A stretch of 64,000 bases of DNA, taken from NCBI GenBank assembly GCA_965285935.1, contig OZ260665.1:24118001-24182000 (forward strand), read 5' to 3'. Below the pieces are notes generated by a model. It did no database searches, had not been told where the DNA came from, and worked only from the letters and a program-made list of their open reading frames with translations. Positions 1 to 13,400 of the stretch are shown piece by piece. The translations under genes were made by a program, and so were the position numbers. The DNA is from Ophelia neglecta. Lineage: Eukaryota. The stretch's first letter is position 1; the number at the start of each line of letters is the position of its first letter.

Positions 1-940
1 TTCTTCCGATCTTTCTTTTTATTTTTTCGGTGCTTCCTTCGACGTCGTTTTCTATTATGGCTCAATTCCTCTCCTTCGATGTTGCTTGACTGGTGACGTG
101 ATTGTAGCCGGTCATGAAGGATGGTTGGGTGCGTTTCGGGCATGTTATAACGAGCGGACGTCACAACGTGAAGGTACGGATCTTCCGGTATCCTATTATC
201 GTGAATCGAGCGCTTTGTTCGGGCATGCTCATTGTGAACTGGATGTTCTTCTTGTTGTTCTTCATCAGAGTCTTCTGGTAACTTATCCAGAGCATTATCC
301 ATGTCCTGTGTCTCACTCGACCTATATAGTCTGTTTCCTGCGCTCAGCGGGTTGTCCTCTGCGCGAGAGTCCGAATGTCCCGTGTCGTGTTTCCGTTTAC
401 GCTGACGACCCCCTTTTTTCCGCTGGTTGAAACCCGCCCAATCAAGGTCAGAGAAATCCTCCCGTCTTCCGTTTTCTGGGTTGACGTAGGAGCCAGCGAG
501 CTCTTCCGTGTGGAAGTGTGGGTCGATATGATCCAAAGTGATGTTCCTTTGTGTGTCGTTTGAAAACACCACCAAAAAAGGGCGGGAAAGAATCTGGACA
601 AACTCGCGTAAGTCCAACAGGCTATGGTTTCCAGCCTCATTCTCCAGTTGAAAACTTAACGCCAGCATGTGATTGGTCCGCTGCGGCGTTCCTAGGCAGC
701 TGCGTAGAGCGGAAGTGAGATCCAGGGCTTGCCAGCCTCTTGTTCGGCCCGGAATTCGGAGCTGATCGAGTTCCCGTATGTTTCCCGGGGCCAGCTCGTG
801 AGCGGTTATAATAATATTCCAAGACCTGTGCTTGGCTTTCATTCTCTTTTTGTAGAGGTGAATCTCGCCCTTCACGAGACTCTCGTACGGCCCGATAGAG
901 GTCAGGTTGAGGACGAACAGGTTCTCTCGGTTCACGATTC
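1..940 (-). CDS. BMP3: TGF-beta family ligand (BMP3/GDF10-like) exon 2: prodomain, furin site and basic region; runs off the window before the cystine knot
   Basis: Acceptor tctgtttcag|GA in phase 1 matches exon 1. Stop-free frame GIVNRENLFVLNLTSIGPYESLVKGEIHLY...GWQALDLTSAL...RPFLVVFSND...RTKR/SIHDNRIPED...RKRRRRKHRKNKKKDRK. The NTVRS to F-x-x-NLTS spacing, the KRS..DN.(I/L)P motif and the long basic segment resemble BMP3/GDF10. The mature domain is not visible, so the subfamily call is provisional. Confidence 0.8.
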
Positions 941-1574
941 CTGAAACAGAAGAGAGATGATAGTAAATATTTAACAACAGCCACATGCCAGCCGGTACAC
1001 ATTTCACAAACTTGATTAAGATCAACCGAATTGTAAAAACCAGTTCACATGACACGTTTTCCCTAACTAAGTATACTGGCTGGTTCTCATTGCTATCTGA
1101 TCTCAGTATCTAACTTGAATAGACGTCATTTAATGTATGATAATACCCTGAAATAAACTAGATTTACACCAGGTGACTGATTGTCAGGTTTGTACGGCGG
1201 TCGCAGGCTTTTGTCAGGTTCTTTAGAAGACTAATGAATTCAGGTGCAGGAGAAATCCGATCTGACCCGCGCAGATACACCATCTTACCGGGCTGTGCGC
1301 TGATTGTAAACTTTTTTCTAAAGAATTCCTTTAACAATAAAGCGACTGAGTGGTGAAGGAAACATATCTTGACATCTTAACAAGCGTGCTTTAATTGGAA
1401 AAGCGACAGAAACACGAAAGAGACGGAACATTGTCAAGACCGAACAGCAGTCTTCTACATGTGCCCGCTTAATCACATGATAAGTGTATCGTGGCGCATT
1501 TGGTGGAAAAGACTAACTATTCATTTGTCTTTTTACGATAACCTATGTGTGCTGATTCTCTGTCGGATTTAGAG

Positions 1575-1985
1575 GGGGCAAGGGATAGAACGAGTGGGGT
1601 GGGCAAGGGGGGGATATGGTCCCTTTTAAGAGGGAGGGGGCTCGGCGGAGTATGAGGAACTACCTTAGGGGGGGGGGGGGGGCATATGGGGGAGAATTGG
1701 GACTCTCCTTAGAGTGGGAACTACTTGGGGAATGGGAACATCTCTTAAGGGGAACGGCTGAAAGTAAGACCCTCCTTAGAGGGACCATAAATGGGAATGG
1801 GGATTCTCCTTAGAGGGGCACGGAGGGGAATGGGGACATCCCTTAAGGGGGCCCGGATGAGAATGTGGACTCTCCTTAGAGTTGGCAAGCGGGAGAATGG
1901 GGAGCCTCCTTAGAGAGAGCACGGAGCAGAATGTTGACATCTTTTAAGGAGCCACGTATGAGCCCCACCCTATAGAGAAGGGGCG
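1575..1985. repeat. Degenerate G-rich ~33-bp tandem repeat
   Basis: Recurring GGAGAATGGGGAC..CTCCTTAGAGGG at about 33 bp spacing (CCTTA near 1707, 1774, 1808, 1841, 1875, 1908). Confidence 0.8.
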
Positions 1986-4382
1986 TGGAGGAAATTAGCT
2001 ACCCTCCTAGTGCAGTCTAAGGCACTTTAAACAAAGATGTTAGTAAAATAATAGATTCCCTATTTGATTGTCTCGGTTGACCTATTAGTAGACAAGTATA
2101 TATATTCTTTCTCGTTCTGATAAAAACCTTTGTATACTGTGAGATAACCTTTACATTGAATCTCACACTGAATTTGTTTAAGCTGTATGTGATAATTTGT
2201 ACATATATGAAAATAATGGGCGCTAATAGGGATTGCTGGTTGAGACACAAAACCGCCTCTTAAGAAATTCTGCACGCAAACTATTTAGTGGTTTCTATAA
2301 AAGCAGGTTTTTTTGTGTAGTTAATTTGTTTGCGCTATCTTCCAAGTAAGATCGATTGATGACTACAGCTGTCACTGGGAGCGGGCAAATTGTCGCGCAA
2401 ATTGTTCAGGGCGATATGCGTTCAATCCAAAATTTCCATGCTAAGTTTTCACCCGTGACCTAGGCCTACTCGTAATTGAATTTTTACAGTAGCAAAATCC
2501 ACCCCACAATTTATTTTATTTAAAATCACTAATTGTTCGATTGGAAGCTTACCGACCTATACCTATCTGATAATGTGGGAAATTGAAAATAATGTCAACA
2601 CAACGTCATTACAGTATTCTATATTTGCACAAACGTTAAAGGGAGGAAAGTCCGGCATGTCCGGATTGTGGGAAATAAACGCCCTAATTATAATTAAAAA
2701 ATTGTTTCCTACCGAACCGTAATACCAATTATATAACTAGTGGCGCATTGGGCATGTAGGGGGCACCACATGTTCCCCGCTTTTCATGTTTAATGCTTTG
2801 CAAACTGAGTTTATTTAAAAAAAATGATTCATTTAACCAACCATTTGTAAATTATCCACATGCTCTTAAACGTTCAGATATTTGCAATTATCAAAGCCAA
2901 CATTTATGCTGCAAATTGACGCCCTACAAGCTTTTAATATGGCTTTAATTTTCGGTTAATATGTTGTCTCCGAACTTTCGGTTTACCTTCAGATATTACT
3001 GTATCGTTGTGGGTGGTTTGCTGTCTAATTGAGAGCGTGGGTGGTCGACGGACAGGTGCTCGTGTCGTTCTCCTCCGTCGACTAACCACCACTCTCTAGT
3101 TCAACAACATACCTGAACACTATCACAGTTTCCCCCACGATCACAGAAAACAACCACTCCGAAACGCATTTTACGGCAAGTTCTCTTAAATAAATTGTTT
3201 TTTTTTGGCCCCTTTGAATTTGTGGCACGCAGGACTTGAGAAATAAGACGATTAAATCTATGTGATTTGATTAATTAATATCGAATGAAACTGTGGCTAA
3301 ATTGATCAGATAGCCTATAGGGCCTAACCGATTAGTCTTGGGATGTGGGAGAATTGGGCGATGAGGGAGCTGGCTAAATGTTGATACATTTCATGTTATC
3401 AAAGGAACCAAGGAGAGAAACACACGTGCAAATCGTGCTGGGTCCTTTCAAATAGTGGCATTCTATATGTGCATGTTTGATAAGTCGACGCAGGGCAATT
3501 TTTGCAGTTTATATTCTGGGAAACTCTGAGTGGAATATATTAGTTATTGACTGTGTTTCTTAAATTCTTTTCTGAAGTGAGCTAAATATGAGTTGAGGTA
3601 AAATCTGGTCAACTTTGAGTACAAGTCAAGTGACCTGGAGTGTTTATCATTTACATCTTAAGAGGAAAATAAAACCATAGCAACGTCTCACATGAACCCC
3701 CACGACGTGGCCGGATGACGCTCAGCAGACGACAAAAACCGACTCACGCAGACATCAGTGTCTGCATCTGCGATGCTGATCTCCTCCGCAGTCAATATCC
3801 TAAATGGGTCTTAATTACCCACTAAGTGATCTTATACACATTAAACACACAACGAAAGCAATACAGATAATCTATCTAGCTACATTATCTTAGATTTATG
3901 GTAGTCCCAATGAGACTCTGAAATACATCTTAATTACGATTCTACTCTTTCGAGGAACATTATGTTAATAAATTGTGCGTGTGAAATGTTCACAGTATAT
4001 CTATGGGGACATATTATTACGCAAAAAGCGTGTTTGTCTTAAGGTTCCGAGCTTCAGAAAAGTTACGCTAACAATTTTCATCGGCACAACAGTTAAAAGT
4101 AATGTAATAGCAAGACTTTTTCCCTTCGGATGTTATAGAATGAAAAAAACTTAACTGAATCGTGATATAAATATTATGCTGGAGGGCACTAAAATGGCGT
4201 TAAGTGGTTCATTAAAATTGACCTTAGAACCTAATTCAAGGACAAATCTATCACAGGGTCACCAAACCGAACGAAAAGCTTTAACACTTAATATTGCCAA
4301 CGATAAGGCTAAGAATTAACGATGCCTTGGAAGAATGATTCTCGGTGGGGCCGCCCACTTAACCGTTTTACTGTGTCTCCCC

Positions 4383-4715
4383 GAGAAACTCGTGATTCTA
4401 TTCTGACACTGAGATACTTAGAGTCGACCCTGCTGTCCATGGATCGCACTCTTTGCCCACTTGGATTATGATCTGACACTGAGACCCTTGAAGTCGACCC
4501 TCCTGAGGGCGACTTGTGGAGACGAGGGTCAACCTCTGACTCAATGGCCAAAGATGGAGTCTCATGTAGAGGAGGGGCGACTTCAAGTGGCACAGAAGAG
4601 TCAGATTATGGTGAGACAATGAACGATTCCATCAGTGAATGTGGACAGAACCACCAAAAATGGTTCGAATCCAACAATCCGGGGACGGGGTCGAGAATAG
4701 TCACAGTCATATCTC
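4383..4715. mobile_element. Nested foldback / palindromic element (MITE-like)
   Basis: Inner arms ATCTGACACTGAGACCCTTGAAGTCGACCCTCCT (~4471-4504) and AGGAGGGGCGACTTCAAGTGGCACAGAAGAGTCAGAT (~4569-4606); direct copy of the left arm at ~4403; weaker outer arms at ~4383-4408 and ~4689-4715. Confidence 0.55.
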
Positions 4716-7700
4716 ATCATAAGTTCCACAGATACCTCAAAGTAACGTTAGTTAAGCTTAGATTATAAATGTAGCACGCTGGGTGCAGCGTTTCTGTAAT
4801 AAACTCCGTGTAATACATGGAAAGAAGAAGACCTACTCATGTAGAAGGACTTAAACCGAAACACCAATAACTTAAAGTATGTTTTAGATTAACTTTCCGA
4901 GTGGGTTTGGACTACAGTATTCTAGTAATTCCTGCAGGTGGTAAGCCTATAGTCCGACTATATCATGTCCCGCTGTAATCCGCTTGATAATATTTTCTTC
5001 GATGTCAGTTTTCGCACCCAAACGTGACCGGAACCCAATTGGGCATCAGATAATCTCCGCTGGGGGTGCTGCTTACAATTACACGATAGCGAGGCCTAAC
5101 GCCCCCTGGAGGCACAAAAACACGAGTTCGCTACGCATCATTTAACCTGTTTAATGAAACGCGGCGAAGGGAAAGGTTTGTCAGGTGTCAGCGGAATTCG
5201 GCCGTGACAGAATGGCCTGACGTGTTGAGCTGAGTCAGTTGAGTTCTGAGTCAGTTGATTAATCGATGTTGAGAGGAGAATTGAGTGGTTTAAGAGTCTG
5301 ACTAGAATGACTGTGCTGTTTTTTTTTGTGGCATTCAGCTCGTGATGGACTCGGTGAATGTTGCCAATCAATTCGAACTCGCTCGACATTGCCATTAATG
5401 TGAGCTCGATGAAAAATCAATTGAGTTACTCATTCTTGGTTAAACTCGATAAAGGAGTCACGATGAGTTGTCAATTAGATTTGCTGTTTCCTTCTATATT
5501 GCCGAAATGTAAGGCTTAGAGTAAAATAAAATCACGCAATAGGTGTCAAAACAAATCAGATCTGTGCATAGTAACTTCCCCTTCCAAGCAGCCTTTCTGA
5601 AAGTAGATAGTGTGTGGTGTTGCTCAAAGGCTTCTTAAGACGCCCCAAATTACTAAACCAGTAGAAACAACCGAGTCTTTGGATCACTAGCTCTTTAAAG
5701 ACCAACTAGACTGACTGTGGATGATCACCACGGAAGAAAAGTTCTCGTTCTCAATAATAACCACTCATTTAGATGTGTATCCTCTGTGATTCACTTGGCA
5801 CCTGGGTTATTTAGTTTTACTGGCATCTGTATCTATTTGAGGGACCACTATGGAAATAAGAATCTTTTAGAGACTCTATGGTGTCATCCTGTTTCGTATG
5901 TGATATAGTGTCCACAAAGGTATTTCCTATATGCCAGAGCTTTCTGCTGTGATATACTTGCCTCCTTTGTTATTACGCTAGTCATTTTATGTATTTTATA
6001 TGTGCGAAACAAAAAATCAATCAATCAATCAACCAATCAATAAAATCACTCCATTTGGAGATTTTATATCTAATACATTGGTCTATACATTTATACAAAA
6101 GTAACTTAAGGCGTCACTGGAGAGACATTCAGGCACTCTTTAACTCTGTAAACAAACTGTTTATTAGATAAAGAAAGCTGGGATATGTTTGCAAAATCAT
6201 ATTTGAGTGGTATCGTCCTGTGGTATACTTATCTATAAACAAATGGCTATTGATGCTGAAATCTGCCGCCTGTCGTAAGTCAAAGGGGTGTAAATGAAGG
6301 AGGTGATAGATGACAAGGGACCGCTTGACACCTGGCACACCTGGCCAAGATCAAAGCCCTGTAAATTACCTTACCGGTACACCTCGGATAGGTTCGCCAC
6401 GCCAAGTGTACAGAACAGCTTGTCGTGAGTCTGATAATGATGAGGCAGACACAAACAATGGACATTATTGTCAGGTACCGTCAGTAGCACAATATCTGCT
6501 AAAAGATTTGCCACTTGTGCAAATGCGTGAATGTATATTATATATATATATATATATGTATACAGAAACACGCACAAAGAACACGGTATTCAATTATCTT
6601 AATTATGTATTTTAAACTAGGCAGTTCCTGTCAAGGTTCTGAGCATAACCAATAAAGCTGCACAGATGAATTTAATTGGTGAATTTTTAATGCATGGCCT
6701 ACATGTATATATATTTTCTTCATTTTCCCCTGGTAAGAAGATAGAAAGAGTACAGCTCGTAGCAACGAGTGTGGTTATTAAATGTCAATTGAACAAATGA
6801 AATAACAAATTAAGTAAAATTTAGCCGCTAATCCAGTCCACAAACATTTCACGTCAAATGCGTCTACCGCTAACCCTTACCTTTTAAATGATTAAAACTG
6901 AACAGCGGGATGTCAATTGCTGTTAACAGGTTTGATTCATAGCCATATTATTAGTGTATAATTCTGAACGTTTTATCTGTAAAATATGGATTTTCCTCTA
7001 GATAAATTAATGTGTACCGGATGCGGCCACTTTGTGAAACCGAATAGCCTCACGCTGGATGTGTCAGAGGTTAAGATAGCCCAGGCGAAGATGAGGTCAT
7101 GAGGTCAACTTTAACTTCTCGTTCATCAAGAATTGTGTGACAGGTTTGGACACTAAATATACCCGCCATCTGTTTTTTATATCAGACGAGATGTTCGTCT
7201 CGAAGTACCAAACGACAGCTTAATTATGAGAGAGTGTTAACAAGATATGATAGATCACCGTTGGATCATAAAAAATATAACTTGCATTGAAAACTGTCAA
7301 TAGATACGTAAATATTTGGGTTAAATAATTGGCGTTTTGACCTTGGTGAGACAAAATAAGGGATCTGTGACAGAGAAGTGGTGTCTGAAAATCAGTAGGA
7401 CCGAATTATGTTATAAACTTAAGTTATTCTCATACTTTCAAAGTAATTGTTCTGATAGCTACAGGTTACTGTTTTGCTGTTAAGTTTAACACACACAGAG
7501 GAACATGTATTATATATTTATACACGTTTGAATATTGTATTAATGCTTTGCTGAAAGAGGTTAGGAGATTATAACTATTTATCAGTTTATGCCTACTAAA
7601 TTATATGTAGTACAAGACTTACCCATGGAATGTGTAGTATACCCTAACATTGACATGAGTACATTTAGTAACGGAGCTCCTAGATAGAGTTAAATTCTTT

Positions 7701-10380
7701 GTGTAATAATAGGCATTATATTGGACATCCGTCCGATGTGTGTAAACAGATACCAGATTGGGGTGAAGTAGACAGCATGAAGTATATTTACACGTATAAT
7801 TTACATATTTACGTTGCCCTAATTAAAACTCCATCTTTTCAGCTCATCACAGGTGCCCATTAATCTATTATTTATCTTGCTATTCTGCATTTGTAATAAA
7901 CATCCTTGCCTGGCCATATGGGAGGATTTAATTCAATCACTGCCCCGCCTTTTGAGGAAAATCCGACTAATATCCTTAGAATTATGAGCTTTTGTTTGAC
8001 CGCCCATTAGCTTTGGACATAGTCCATTCACGGCCCCGTCAAATAAAATACGAACCGTCAAATATTGGCGGAAACACTCGAGATTTCTGTTCAAACAGAG
8101 AAGGTAACTTTACCCTAATCTTGGACATACGGAGCTGTATACAAGAGGAGGGACGTTCCTAAGTTGCTAACCGGTGGATTGAAGTAGAGAGGTTATTTAG
8201 AGAGAATACATACCGGTACTTTATCATGCAGTAATCCTTTTAATACCGAAACTGGTGAAACAATGCTCATCAATATTTGACCGGGTATATTTGAAGGCTT
8301 GGTTTACGGCAAATCGTTAGGGTCAATTCAAGGTTTTGAGGTGAATATAGTTAGTGTCAACAGGTCTGTTTGGTTTAGAAGAAACACATCAAGTTACCGC
8401 GAGTCAAACAGCCGAAACAAAACAACATTAATTTTCACCAGCCTTACAGGTGATACAGGTAAACTCTAAACTCCAATTTAAAACAACCTATTAAGATCAA
8501 ATGCATTAGCATAGTACATATCCTAACTTATCTGCAGGCATTGTGGCACACCCGAGAACTTTCATGTCAGCAAAACAAAAACGGTGGAATCATTTAACGT
8601 ACTAAATTTCGCATTGAGTTAAAAGGACAATTGTTTCCAAACTGTTCAAATACATGAAGAGATCTTAGCTCATCAATTAAGTCTGCAGACATTCAAACAG
8701 GTTTTGTAAGAAATATGAAGAAAAACTGATACCCTTGTTGTTTTCATAAATATGGTCACTTTTAAGCAGTGTGACTTTTAAGGCTATCATACATTGTAAA
8801 CACCTCGTGTGACCCTGTCCACTTCGGCTACCTTTACCTGGACACAGCTAAGAACTAATGTATACATACTATCACCGGCTTATCTCGATAGCCACACCAC
8901 ACATCTGGTCTGCACGTGATTTGGTACCTAGCATGTGGCCAATACAATTATATTGCGCTGGACATATGCATCACAGTATTTAGAAATTCAAGTTGTCAAT
9001 TATTAATAACGCATGTGAAGGCCCACGCTGGTAATCTATAACCCTCCCCCCATCCCATGGTCTTTCTCGGGGGAAGGCTATATTGTTGTTTTGAAATCGG
9101 AGTGTTCTCTTATAAATCTTAATATTGCTCAGTTGGTTCTTCAGAGGCCTGGATTGAGATATGTTTTTTTTCCCAGGAAATACATACTTGTACAGTGTAT
9201 TTCCTGACTGTCAAAATATCACTCAAAAACCAAATTACCGGTAGCAAAAGGCGCGTGCACTCAGATATACTTAAACTCTTCTATTTTATAGGTCTCACAT
9301 TATTTTTGAATAGCATTTTGCAATATTGGGAATATTATATTCGGTACGATAAGTTTTAGTAATATTTTACATACATAAGTATGTAACTCACAATTTCAAT
9401 GTATATAATACTGTGTGAGTAACATGTATGTTTATATATTTGCGTCAATCGTCCAATACCTTACTATTTTTAAGAGAAAAATACTAAAAGACCAGAAACA
9501 GGCCTACATGCACCAGCCACAATCGAAGTGCATGAAGCATAGGTAGAACATGATATTTAGAGATGGCACGAGACTGCCGTGACAATGATAGTTGTTTTTT
9601 AGTTGAAAATGTCTTAAAGTTGCATTTTTCCTCTAGATCAAACCATGCAGTCGTCGTGGGGATTCTATGCAGGTATAGTTTACACAAAATAGTCGAGTTC
9701 TTTCCTCCAGCGCCAGACCACATTGGCTCGAATCGCTCAAAGTTGTCCCCAGTTAGGCTACATATACTTTTGTTACAGAAATTTGAGTATATATAGTACT
9801 ATAGCAACTACTATAGCATATATATAGTACTATAGCAAGACATATTTTGACTAATCATTTCTCGTCAGCAGTTGCAATGGACGATCGATTAGTACTTAAA
9901 TGAACTTCGCCTTTTTGTTTTAGCAGATCCATGATAATATCCCTAATCTGACTTGGCTGCCAATCGCCGAACGATTTGAAATCTCTTCTCTTTATCTTCG
10001 CCCGTGTTTCAATCCCACTCCAACATCAATTGCCGCGTATCTAAAACACGTGTCACTAAACAATTCGCAGCAGAAGACAAAAGCTTCCGGAAAGAGCCAG
10101 GAGTCCCAGATTTCCAATCAATCCCAGAATGCCCTTAACGTATCATCCGGGACTGGCGGGACATTTTCCGGGAAGAAAGGTGGAGCACGGGGATTGGAGG
10201 CGTGTGGGGTTAACGTGTGCGGGTTAGGGGGTGGGATGAGGAGGTAGGTGGGGTGAATGATGAAGTGCCAAATAAGGCAAGTGGGGCAGTTGGGGTGAAT
10301 GCTGAATGCTGACGGGGGCAAAGGGGTGCTGGGGCAGTGGTTGAGGGCTGGACTGGATCTGAGTATCGAAATGATCTATC

Positions 10381-10458
10381 TATATAGGCCTATTATATAG
10401 GCCTATTATATAGGCCTATTATATAGGCCTATTATTATGGGCCTATATAGGCCCATAC
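10381..10458. repeat. 13-bp tandem repeat (TATATAGGCCTAT)x4 plus two degenerate units
   Basis: Direct reading; TAGGCCTA at 10385, 10398, 10411 and 10424. Confidence 0.92.
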
Positions 10459-13400
10459 ACTCGCCGTTTACTGACGTAGATTTAAATCAAAGTTTGACAG
10501 AATAGGACGACATACCTATAAGTGGGCCAAGGAACAATGCCCGTCTATCGTTATTGTCAAACTCGTGAATTCGTATCCGGCTTCAAAGACAGAGGCTAGG
10601 CCAACTGTGAAAGGCCATCATCATTATTTTAAATGTTTAATTGAGTTGAGAATGTTGGCTTTTTAGACCCACGTCTCGAGGTTGCTTATCAGGCCAGTCA
10701 TCTGTGAGGCAGATTAGAAGACAGGGCGGACTAAGTCAACATGGCATTGTTTCTTAATTCTCGCCCATTTAAGTCGAATTTACATCAGTTTCGCTCCATT
10801 ACACGTGTCAACGGACTGTCGACTACAAAGAGGGAACACCCTGCTGAAAGACGTAATCACTATTAGTCTATGCCCCAAATGGGTTCCTGCCCAAGGGCTC
10901 TTGAACTTTAACCTCGTTTCAGCCCCAATCAGGTCCCGTCTCTTTGGAGTCTAAGCAGAAGACTCCGATGGAATGCCAGAGCCAAACAAAACAAAACAAG
11001 AGGTCACCCCCGCTATCAGGTCATTTAATCAAACACCAAATCAAAACTTACAGTTCATATGCAAAACACCGTTCGTTTCATTCTTGTCTATAAACCATTT
11101 AAGAACAATGGTATAAATTTCCCAGACCATTATTTAGCAAGTTAGGAGAATAATTTACACATTTTGTTGTACGCTGTAACCAATCAATGACTGCCAAGGA
11201 CGAAGGTTATAAAACTTCAATAGAGGTACCTTTTAGGCAAGACGCGAGAATGGGTACTGCGTCAGATGAAGAGTATTCTTGAAAGGGGGAGGTGAGAAGG
11301 TCGCGCGATTAGCGCGCTTGAAGCTCGTTTAAATGACGACAATATAGCACACCTGCATGGTACACAAATCTCTCAGCGACCATTTTCCCATTTTATCTTC
11401 TAAACTGTTTTTCCCTGTTAAGGTTATTTAGTAAACACCTTCTGGTCTTGCCGTAGCACTGGCATTAATCAGAAAAGTCTGTTTTATGTCTTGTTGATCT
11501 CTAGGATGTAAATTCATCATATTCCGAACTCAATTGATGCTTATTTGTGGACTTGTCGGTAAACAATAACATCTGTCGGACTTTGGAAGCCGGCCACTCT
11601 TCTGAGAGAAAGCCGATGTCATAAAAAAGTGTTTTATTGTTGAAATAATAGTTAATTTTGCGAACTGAGCATTGTTAAGTTAGCTTTTAAAAGGCGCGCA
11701 CTCAGCTAATGATGCCTTCCGGGCATTTGGCGCGATATGAGCTGTTAACCGTCTGGTTCGGTTTGATTTGATATTATAAATTTGTATACTTTCATCAGAC
11801 TGATGCATCATTGCCACAAACTAACCTTGATCAAAATAGCGGGCTATTAAGGTCAAATGGTTCTCACAGATCAAAGGCTTGATAAATTATATAAAATCTA
11901 TATATTATAACAAAAAAATCTTGTATGTATAGCGCTAATTATTATAATTGACATATTTGCCATAAATATATAATGCCGAAAAGTATATAGTTTAATATGG
12001 TGTCCATTTAGTGAATGTTTTAAGAGTTAGGCCTACCCATATATGCACTACTAGTAACAGATATTTTCAGCATTCTTGGTATTGGTAAAGGTGAACATTT
12101 TTTCGTCATCTTCTGTAGTTTCCTTAAAACAATTAATAATTTAAGAATTGAAATAATAAGCTTATTTCTTGCACAACATATTTTCTTTCTTCAGTAGGGC
12201 TACGAGCTAACACCAAGACAACTGTTTAACCTAAAACTATCCACATATATAATTTATTAGAATGTTTTACCGCTAATCTAGTGACTGGTAAATTATGAGT
12301 CTTTATCTTTATGCTTTCAGTAAGTTTAGGATACTAAACTAAAACCAATAATAATAGATTGTGCCAATAAAGCAACACTTTTAGGCATACTTTATAGGCC
12401 GTTACTAAATCATAGGCCTACTTCTTAAGATTGTTAAGTAGGCCCAGCTCTCTCATTCTTTACGTTTAGAAAACAACTAGGGCTATAGGTAATAAAGGAC
12501 AGGACACCGCCTTTCAATTTCCGTATAACATGTTTTCACAAGAGACTATAGGCATATAGGAACCCTCAAAGAAGCTGAAATTAACTTAGGTGGCCCTCCT
12601 TGGTTGAAGCTCCTGTAGCCGACAGCAGCTTCCCCTGATATCAGCTGGTACTCGAACTACACGACATTGGGCCGTAAAAGTGGCGTTTGAACTCAGAGAG
12701 TTCTAAGCAGCCCGGCCAGTAGAATCCCAATCTCAAGTACACCCTTCATACTTATCAACATGCCTCCAAGCATGCGCCGTGCTTGACCTTCGTGACCCGC
12801 GAGAGCATTTTGACATAAAATTCAATAGACAACTGTCGAAAACTGGCCGAATTGTTGTCGTAAATGTCGCTCGTTAGGCAATTCACTGCCAAACGAGTCT
12901 TGTATTGTGGGAAACGGGCCTTAGATGCTCAATCATCTGAATGAAGAGCACTTCGACTTACATTTTTGTCAATATTTACTAACAAAGCTGAGTCATATCA
13001 GATAGAATCCTCTAGAACCCATCTTACACTGATGGCTCCACTACTACAACTCTTACAGACGTCTAAATATCTAGTGATTTTATTTTCAATCAGAAGCAGT
13101 ATAATTTCATTGTCGCCATACTTCAGCACACGGACTAAACGGCCAGGCGACTTTTTTTCCTTTCGGTCCCTAACTCCGAGTCCCTGACCTCGACCCCTCT
13201 TAGATAGCATTATTTTCAAAATTTACTGTTAGGCTCGCATTACCAAGTTTCTCGTCTTGGTCTTGTATAAGGCGTAGACTCTTACGGCGGGAGTTTAAAG
13301 GTTTCTAAAGACAAGCACGTGGCAGCACATAAATATTCCCAGAATCCAATCATGAAGCTGTGACCCTAAGGCAAGATGGGTAAAAGACAATATCATATGA

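Noticed and set aside
86-1002. ORF-track proteins at 86-430, 344-640, 375-563, 637-1002 and 729-944
   Set aside because: They are antisense or off-frame shadows of the BMP exon 2 reading frame.
4662-4672. tRNA B-box-like GGTTCGAATCC (and its reverse complement near 63450)
   Set aside because: No A-box or cloverleaf around either site.
6372-9243. TACCGGTA as a third footprint class (6372, 8211, 9236)
   Set aside because: Three copies against roughly one expected is too weak to claim from this window.
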